64,000 nt of DNA. It comes from the human T2T-CHM13v2.0 reference genome, Homo sapiens. Position 1 is the stretch's first letter, and each line of letters starts with the position of its first letter. Below the pieces are notes generated by a model, which saw only the letters and a list, made by a program, of their open reading frames with translations, ran no database searches and was not told where the DNA came from. The DNA lies in NCBI RefSeq assembly GCF_009914755.1, contig NC_060932.1; one strand, given 5' to 3'. The position numbers were made by a program, and so were the translations under genes. This document shows positions 51,551-64,000 of the stretch, piece by piece.

Positions 51551-52294
51551 TTATAGAACATTGCCTTTCTCTGCAAAAAGAGGCAGTCGGCAAGAGTTGG
51601 CAATGAGGGTGGCGAGAGGTTGTACAGTACACATAAAAGGAATACAACCCACTTGGTCCACAGAAGGGGCTGAAGCTGGTATTCTGTTCTCCCTTGGGAC
51701 AGAGGCTGCTGGAAGGTGACCAGATGTTTCACTCAACAGACATTGATGAAGTGAAGCTATGAGACAGCCACTGGGATTAAACTGGTGAACAAGACAGACA
51801 TGGTTCCTCCCTCATTAAGAGACATTATGTAGGTAAACAAATACATAAATGAGCTAATTCCACATTATGGTAAGTGCTGTGAAGGAGGTGATGAGAGTTA
51901 AGCTGAAGCCTAATGAATAAGTTCTTTGTTGCAGACAACAGAATCCACTCTAGCTAGCTAAGCAGAAAGGGATTTGTTACAGAGTGTTAATTCATTACAG
52001 AATTTCCAGGAGGATCAGGGAACCATGCTTGGATGCCACAAAACAAGGACAACCCAGCCAGGAGGAGGCCCAGCCACACCATGGGACCTCCCTGCTTCGA
52101 CTCTCACCTCCCCCTCTGACACACGGCCTGGCACCAGCACTTGCTCCTGTCTAAGCTGCTGAAGAAGAACCAATACCTGCATGTGACCTGCTCAGATGGC
52201 TCATGTATGCCTTCCAAGTCATGCGGGGATGCTCCTGCTTGTCAGACCCAGGTCCGTAGAAGAGCTCTGGCTTTGGGGAGGGCTGGGAAAAGGC

Positions 52295-53373
<1,079 letters not shown>

Positions 53374-53834
53374 TAAAATTTTTATTTTATTTGTTTTTGC
53401 TTGTCTGTTTTTCCCAAATTTTTACAATGAACATGTAATATTTACAAAACAAAGTGCAAACGCCAGTAGTGTTATTTTCAAGGAAAGGAGACACAATGGA
53501 GTCCTATGGAAGAAGGGTTTCCCAGCCCAGCTTGGAGGGACAGGCCTTCTGATTACCCCTGCCAGCCTGAGGGCCACTTTGGGCAGGTTCTGACTGTTTG
53601 ATGGCCTGAACTATTTACTATTCATGAGAATCATCTCTAAGTTGTTAACGAGATGGCGTTGGGATGAGCTCCTTATACATTCCTTCCTGTGCCGTCTGAC
53701 ATCTTCAACCTTTCCTCGCCCCCACTCACAGCTGTATGTGTGTGTGTGGTGCAGGGGGCTTCAGTGCTATTGCTCCCCACCCAGCACCCAGACAAAGCTA
53801 GGGTGGCTCTGGGAGCTTATTCCAGTACAGTGTG

Positions 53835-54975
<1,141 letters not shown>

Positions 54976-55299
54976 GAAGAAACGGTCTTCCTTTAGTGGA
55001 CTTCCCCAAAAAGCAGTTAGTCCCTTCTGAATTCCTGAGCTTCTGAACTGGGTCCTCTGGTCTCGGCCAGGTGCTATGCTGGATATGAAAGAGCAGAAGT
55101 TATTATCTTCGTTCTAGAAAAAGAGACAATTTCACCAGAGAGACAAGGCACAAGTTAGATAGATAAACACAAAAAACTCCCCAAATGATGCAACTAGATG
55201 GGACTTCGGGGATTTAATATTTTTATATTACAAAAAATATTTTAATTTGGTTTCACAAATAATGCAATGTGAGAAAACTAATTTCCTTATGCTGTCACC

Positions 55300-56760
<1,461 letters not shown>

Positions 56761-57028
56761 TAACAAGGGTACATTTTATTGCTAATAAGTTATACTTTGA
56801 TTTAAGTTTCTGCAATGTCCTAACCAACCATCAGAGGTCCCACGGTTTTTATGCATGTCGGAAATTCTGAGCAATGGAATGGGGACTCTGAACTGGGAAA
56901 CTCCAGAGGGCAAAGGCATTTGCAGCTGTGGCTCTCTGGGAATGGAGCAGTGCTTTTGCCAGATGCTGAAGATGGAATCGCTGAGGACAACCCTGCAGAG
57001 ACACGGCTCCCATGAAAAGCAACTGTAA

Positions 57029-57334
57029 GGCCAGGTGTGGTGGCTCATGCCTGTAATCCCAGCACTTTGGGAGGCCGATGTGGGCAGATCACTGGAGGTC
57101 AGGAGTTCGAGCCCAGCCCGGCCAACATGGTGAAACCCCGTCTCAACTAAAAATACAAAAATTAGCCGGGCATGGTGGCATGTGTCTGTAATCCCAGCTA
57201 CTCAGGAGGCTGAGGCAGGAGAATCACTTGAACCTGGTAGGCGGAGGCTTCAGTGAGCCTAGATTGTGCCACTGCACTCCAGCCTGGGCAACAGAGTGAG
57301 ACTCTGTCTCAAAAAAGAAAAAAAAAAAAAAAAA
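57029..57334 (+). mobile_element. AluS
   Basis: TSD aaaagcaactgtaa. Confidence 0.9.
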
Positions 57335-58188
57335 GCAACTGTAAAGGACCTGTGGATGGGGGAGTGGGGTCTAGGGTGCCCGGCAGGACACCCTGGCCTG
57401 TTCCAGCTGCCACTCTCTGACCTTGCCTGCCAGCAGAGGCCAGCGCTGCAGGGGCTCCTTGGCCTGCCTTCGCTGAGCTGATTTTAGGCAGAATGGATTG
57501 ATTGATGTTGACAGGGAGCTATTTACCCGTCTAATTAATTATGCCAACTAATTTTCAACTTAACTGCACTTCTCGGGTCATTGGGTAAGGAGACTGTATG
57601 ATTTTCATGCTGCTGCAGGCCTTGATGAGGAAGTGGCAGGAGAGGGTGGCAGCTGCTCCTGGAGGTCAAACAGGCACCCTGTTCCTCCACGTCGCTGTGT
57701 CCCTGGCCTGACTCCTGCCCCGTGGACAAGCTCTGGAGTCCTATTTGTGTGCATTCTATCCGCGTGAGCTGGCCTGTGATTCAGGAGCTTTTTGCTGTCT
57801 ATTCACCTAAGTGCTCATTCGGTGCCTTCGACGTGCCAGCCCCAAACTGGGATAGGCACTTGGAGTTCCAAGAAGCTAAGTCATGCCTGACCCCACCCCC
57901 ACCCCAAATTGCTCACAGCCTAAAGGAGGAGATTCCCGCTTAAACCAGCAGTTACAGACAAACGCAATCCAGGCTCTGTCATGGGGCCCTTAAGGAATTT
58001 ACTTAACCTCCCTGTGCCTCAGTTTCCTCATCTAGAAAAACATTACCGGGCTGCGCCAGGATGCAGAGTATATGCAACAGGACTATCCGTCCCTGCTGCT
58101 GCCCTTTCTACCCGCCCTGCCCGTTGTCTTGTAGATTGTCCCATGTTCTGGATTTTTCTGATTGTTTCCTTCTCATGGGATGACCTAA

Positions 58189-58485
<297 letters not shown>

Positions 58486-58589
58486 TAAAAACATTTTTTT
58501 AAATCAAAAGCTTATTGAAGCAGTGCAAAACCAATACAAAGTATTTCCTTTCTCCTTCTCCTCCTCCTCCTCCTATTTCTTTTTCTTCT

Positions 58590-58893
<304 letters not shown>

Positions 58894-59489
58894 ATTTCCT
58901 TTCTTTTGAACCATTGAGAGAAAGCTGCCGACAGAATGTGCCATCATCCCTATTATTTTTTGTGTGTTTCCTACAAGCTAGGATTCTCTCTTACAAACTA
59001 CAAATCAACCATCTATATTGGGAAATCAACAGTGATAAATTGCTGCCCTTTAATCCTCAGGTCCCCTACAAGTTCTGCCAACTGTCCCAATATGTCTTTC
59101 GTAGCAAAAGAATCCAGTGCAGAATCACACGTTACATTTAGTTATCAGAGCTCTTTAGTCTCCTTCAATATGGAGCAGTTCCCCAGACCTCCCTAAGATA
59201 ATGGCTTTGATAGCTCTGAGATGAGAGGGCAGTTACTTTGTAGGATGTCCTCGCATTTGGCTTTGTCTGATATTTCCTCCTAATTCTATTCTGATCATGT
59301 ATCTTTGCCAGGAACATCACAGAAGCGATTCTGTCATCTTGTTGCATCCTCTCAGGTGGCTCAAGATTTCAGTTTGTCCCTTTTTGATGAGGGTCACTTT
59401 GATCACTTGATTAGGGTGGTGTCTGATAAGTGTCTGTGTTGTAAAGTTTCTTGTTCCCCTTTGTAATTATCAAGTATTTTATGGGGAGT

Positions 59490-59783
59490 TTATTTTTATT
59501 TTATTTTATTTTTTTGAGACAGGGTCTCATTCTGTTGCCCAGGCTGGAGTGCCTTGCACGAAGATGGCTCACTGCAACCTGGACCTCCTGGGCTCAAGTG
59601 ATCCTCCTGCCCCAGCTGCCCAAGTAGCTGGGACTACAGGCACGCACCACCACACTAATTTTTTTTTGGTAGAGTCGAGGTCTTGCCCTGTTGCTCAGGC
59701 TGGTCTCGAACTCCTGAGCGCAAGCAATCCACCCACCTTGGCCTCCCCAAATTCTGGGATTACAGGTGTGAGCCACCACGCCC
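59490..59783 (-). mobile_element. AluJ
   Basis: TSD-like gggagtttattt on both sides. Confidence 0.85.
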
Positions 59784-60151
59784 TGTAGGGAGTTTATTTG
59801 AAACTTTATCCCATTCCTTCTCAAACTTTCAAAATCTGTATTCATTTGTATTAATCTGGTCTTGTGGTTTCCTACTTTATTTCATGCATTATAATCCTTT
59901 ATGGCCATGATTTTCATGCTCAGATTGTCCCAGGTAAGCCAGTGGGAACCCCTTCAAGCTGGCTTCTAGGTCTTTTTGACATGGCCTCATCACTCTTTGA
60001 ACTCCTTCCTGCTTTCTGGCATCAGATGCTCCATGATCACTTTGTACTTTGTCTGCTCTGGACTTGAAATTGGCCATTTCTCCAAGAAGCCCTGGGCACT
60101 AGGTACACACATTGCAGTCTGAGCATCGCTGTTAGCAGACAGAACAGGAGA

Positions 60152-60188
<37 letters not shown>

Positions 60189-60235
60189 GAGATATGTGTG
60201 TGTGTATATATATAAACACGTATATGTATATATAT
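60152..60235. repeat. (TA)n(CA)n / (TG)n(TA)n compound microsatellite
   Basis: Read directly from the sequence; quasi-palindromic. Confidence 0.9.
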
Positions 60236-61589
60236 TTCTAGAATTTGTTTTCTGTATTTATATTCTATTCATTTATAATATATATTATATATTCAGATTT
60301 ATTTTTTATCTAAGTTTATCTATCTGTATTGAAAGCTGTGAGTTCAAATCTGTGTCTCCAATTCATATCTAATAAGTCCATTTCAGTTTCCCCCTTTTCT
60401 CTACATGCTCCCTGCTCTGACAATAAGAAACCTGGTTTCCCTTACCTTTAATCTCTTTATTTGCTCAATGCTCCTGTATGTAACCAATCTCCCACCTTTC
60501 CCCACCTCCTCCAGCTAGAGCTCTGACACCCCTTACAGGCAGCTCCCCTGCCCACATGGACACCCTCTTTGCCCTGTTTGGGCTCTGACTGGCCCCTGTG
60601 AGGACACACCCTCACACCCTGTGCAGGCATTCCCTCACCCCCTCAGCCCCCTGCACCTCCTCACCTGGCCTGGGCTCCGACACATGCTCTGAGCCACCAA
60701 GCCCATTCCCACCACTGACACCCATCTTGCTCTGACCCACCCAGTGGCTTTAGGACTGAATTGTTCCAGAAGAAAAGAGAGGGGAGGTGTGGAGCAGGGA
60801 AGCGTGCACACTTTTAATGACATGGAAAATACACTTCTGAGTAATGCTAAGCAAAAAAGAAGGCAAAATATATAAAATTGCACAGAGAGTACAATATCAA
60901 TGATGTAGAAAGCTCAGAAACATTGGCACTCTCTCCAGCTAAAGAGCCAAGCAGAAACTGGACAAGGTTGGTTCACTGACCACCCAGTGCAGCGCCCTAA
61001 GATCTCACGTCCTTTGAGGTTACCGCTGTGCCTTATTTCCTTCATCCATGAAACGGAATGCTGGTAGCACTTACTCACAGGGTTGTCGTGAGGCTGAAGT
61101 GAGTTAACACATGAAAAGCACATAGGACACCACCGCACACACATGGGACGTGCCCCACAAATGTTACTATAGGGATGAGGAAAGTGAAGTTCAGTAAGGT
61201 CCTCTATGTTACCTTCCTGAGGTCCCCTATCATAGGCACAGTCTGGACACAGTTGTGCCCAACTCAAAGTTCATGTAAGCCTTTTGCTGTTGCACTGCTC
61301 AAGGAATTAGAAGCAGTGGGAGATGGGGTAATACACCAGTAACCAGGACAAGACTCCCTGAGACATATTCTACAAGCGCCTTGCGGACCAGAAGAGGAGT
61401 AGTTACAGTCACTTGGTAATTCACCACGAGGGCTTCCCAGCATAGGTCGGATTCAGGATATAGACCTTGAACGCTGGGAAAGATTTGAATAAGTTATGAT
61501 GGTGGAAGGAAAGACTGGAGAACAGACTGAACAATGGCAGGGGACTGGGATCCCCACATCAGTCACCGGGTGAGGGCCCGTCACCTGTG

Positions 61590-61811
61590 AGTGTGTTCCT
61601 CAGCCTCAGCACTGCAGGTGTTTTGGGCCAGGCAGCTCTGTATTGTGGGGGACTTTCCAGTGCGTTGTTGGTTGTAGCAACACCCCTGGCTTATTCTCAC
61701 TAATGCCAGTTAGCAACCCAGGCCCCCAGAATGACAACCAAAAATGGCTACAGATGTTGCCTGATGTCCCCTGGATGGGGGTCCAAAATCATCTCCAGCT
61801 GAGTGCCACTG
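61590..61811 (+). mobile_element. MER20 hAT DNA transposon
   Basis: tcagcctcagcact...ttgggccagg...gacaaccaaaaatggctacagatgttgcctgatgtcccctgg...ccactg. Confidence 0.8.
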
Positions 61812-62295
61812 TCCTAGATAAATGGAATTTTCAGGAAGCCCCAATGCCACTCATTTATTAACAGGAGCCCGGCTTCTCATCCTTTCTCTTATTGTTGGAT
61901 GACCTCATGAAAAGGAGACAACCACACTTCAGATGGCCACAGGAAGGAAGAAGGGAAGTGGAGTCCTCCATAATCCACAGTGCCTGTCACTGAGGGCTCC
62001 TTGATAAGGATTTTTCAAGGTATGAACGTGCAGTTCAACAGCTGGCCAGACTTCCTGGTTCAGAAGTGTAATCCTAGGTGGGGAAGTTTGTTATTACAGC
62101 CGGCAAGAACGAGGACACTTCACAGGGCTGGGCTGCCGAGGAAAGATGAGAGACTAAACTGATGAGAATCACCAACCAGTTTGATGACTTGGAGAACAGT
62201 CACTTCCTCTTTCTGGGCTACAGTTTTCTCATCAGTAACTGAAGAGCTTGCAGTACCTTCAACATTCCTTCAGGTGAGGACTTCTCTTTGATCAC

Positions 62296-62657
62296 TGCTA
62301 TGGTTTGAATGTGTCTCCTAAAGTTCATGTGTTGGAAGCTTGATCCCCAGTGCAAAAGTGTTGGGAGGTGGGGCCTAATGAGAAGTAATTAGGCCATGAG
62401 TATTCTGCCCTCATGTATTCATGAGATTAATGTCATTATCATGGGAGCGGGTTTGTTAAAATGAGTTCGGCCCCTTCCTTCTCTCTCTTTCTTCTGCCAT
62501 ACAGTATGGGATGCACAGTGCAGAAGGTCTTACCAGATACTGGCACCATGCTTTTGGACTTCTCAGCCCCCAGAACCATGAGCCAAATAAATTTCTGTTC
62601 ATTATAAATCACCCAGTCTGTGGCATCCTGTTAGAGCAGCATAAATGGACTAAGATA
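62296..62657 (+). mobile_element. MaLR LTR (MSTB/C/D-like)
   Basis: tgctatggtttgaatgtgtc...agaaccatgagccaaataaatttctgttcattataaatcacccagtctgtgg...ggactaagata. Confidence 0.8.
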
Positions 62658-63445
62658 ATCCCTATAAAGAGTGGCAACAGAACAGTTCCCAGCTCACTGG
62701 CAGAATCCTATGATCAACTAGTAATGTCTGCCAGGGAAGGAGGATGAGTGGCACTAACATGTACGGTGTGTTTGCTCACTGTTCTACAGGATTCAACTAG
62801 AATCTCTGGGTCTGTGTGAAGACCAAGAGCTGGGAACAGAAGCAGGGCTCTAGAGGGAAAAGTTTCTTTCGGATTCCTTTTTTTTGTTTTGTTTTAAAGA
62901 GCTGCTCTGTGAGAAGACAAGGAGAAAATGGTCCCTACAGGATACTCACCTCTGTCTCAGGGAGACACTCAAGCATTTATTCAACCAAGAAAGAGAATTA
63001 GTTCCAGGTGAAAGGAGAACCCCAGAATACCCACCTACTTTTAAAATTCTCCCCTATGCATATTCAGGAACCAATCAGAGGATCTGTAATGCGCTGTGAG
63101 TAGAAAGGGAAGGGGAATGGGAAAGAAAAAAGTGAAGCTTGGAATGGTGGAAAGTACATGGGCTCTGCCATTTACCAGCTAAGTGATCTTGGGCAAGTAA
63201 CTCGACCTTTCTGAGCCTCGGTTTCCTCTTTGGTGAAATGAGGACTAATAATCCATTTCTCCCTCAGTACAGACAGCCAGCATGCAGTGAGCACTCAGCG
63301 ATGGCCAAGTATGGGAGAAGCCATGCTGGAATGAACATGTGGGACCATTTTGTGCAGTTTCTCAGGTAGGCTCAAGACTTGGTACTTAGTTTAACAGGCA
63401 ATGGGGAGCCATTGACAACTTAAAAAAAAAATAACATAAATGGGA

Positions 63446-63661
63446 ACCACTCAGACTGTGTCCTCTTCCTCTTCCAGAGGAAGATAACAACCATCTTCAA
63501 TGGCACATGGCAGTTGCCAAATTGCCATGAAGCAATATCTAAAGCCACCTCATGCTCAGGAGAAAACGCTCACCTTCCCCTCCTGGCTCCCCGTGCTCTA
63601 CACGTTCAGAGAAACTTCTCTAGTAATGAACTCAGGAACTGGTCACTGAGAGTATAGTCTC
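63446..63661 (-). ncRNA. U3 snoRNA (SNORD3 family) full-length diverged copy; gene or pseudogene unresolved
   Basis: Reverse complement starts GAGACTATACT, contains TTACTAGAGAAGTTTCTCTGAACGTGTAGAGCAC and AGCGTTTTCTCCTGAGC, ends box D GTCTGAGTGGT; 216 nt, colinear with U3. Confidence 0.92.
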
Positions 63662-64000
63662 TATGGACAGCTTCGGAGCCATGGAGTGAAGCCGAGCAAA
63701 TCCATGGACCACTGCCCTGCCCCCGGTCTATCTCGCTAGACTAGGGACAGGACTTGGGTGATGCAGGAACAGAGAATGGCCTGAGGAGGACACAGACCAG
63801 ACCAGAGAGGAAGGAAGATGAGAGGAGGATGCGGGAAAGGGGCTTACATCAATCTCCAGAAGCAAGAGTTGGCAAAAGGCAGAAGGGAAAAGGCATAGAT
63901 CCAAAAAGGCAATGGGAGAGAGGGTTTATTGGATTTGTCCTCTTTGACCTCCAGGGATTGTAGGGAGGAGATAAAATGGAATAAAGAGAGGATTGCTCAA

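Larger units (their letters stand above)
58900..60500 (-). mobile_element. L1MC-type 3' fragments interrupted by AluJ and a microsatellite
   Basis: ttgtaggatgtcctcgcatttggctttgtctgatatttcctc...tttctccaagaagccctgg. Confidence 0.65.

Noticed and set aside
63662-64000. snRNA-type promoter (PSE/octamer) for the U3 copy
   Set aside because: Only a weak TCACC-start motif about 100 nt upstream, at the wrong spacing; no ATGCAAAT within the available sequence

Overview
This is primate, almost certainly human, genomic DNA. It is Alu-rich, with L1, L2, MIR, LTR and DNA-transposon relics. Twelve GT-AG exons on the + strand (3173-35058) splice in frame into the C-terminal part of TBC1D31/WDR67 (end of the TBC region, then a long coiled coil ending ...TPHLLAA*), followed by a short 3'UTR with AATAAA at 35246. 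From recalled gene order this is probably 8q24.13, upstream of FAM83A; that placement is not verifiable here. One intron holds an HMGB1 processed pseudogene. Downstream of the gene are a fossil C2H2 zinc-finger array (-), an LTR41/52-like LTR, an ERV-L gag-pro-pol remnant, an intact elongator tRNA-Met(CAT) gene (-) in a CpG-rich domain, a second apparently orphan CpG island, and a full-length diverged U3 snoRNA copy (-) near the end. Almost all listed ORFs are Alu or GC-rich artefacts. I found no convincing new multi-gene system. The best leads are the tail-less U3 variant that keeps its 3' hairpin, two Alu-associated templated-insertion scars, the ZNF fossil, and strong orphan splice signals next to the tRNA CpG island. 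Repeat-family names come from recalled consensus sequences and repeat boundaries are approximate.
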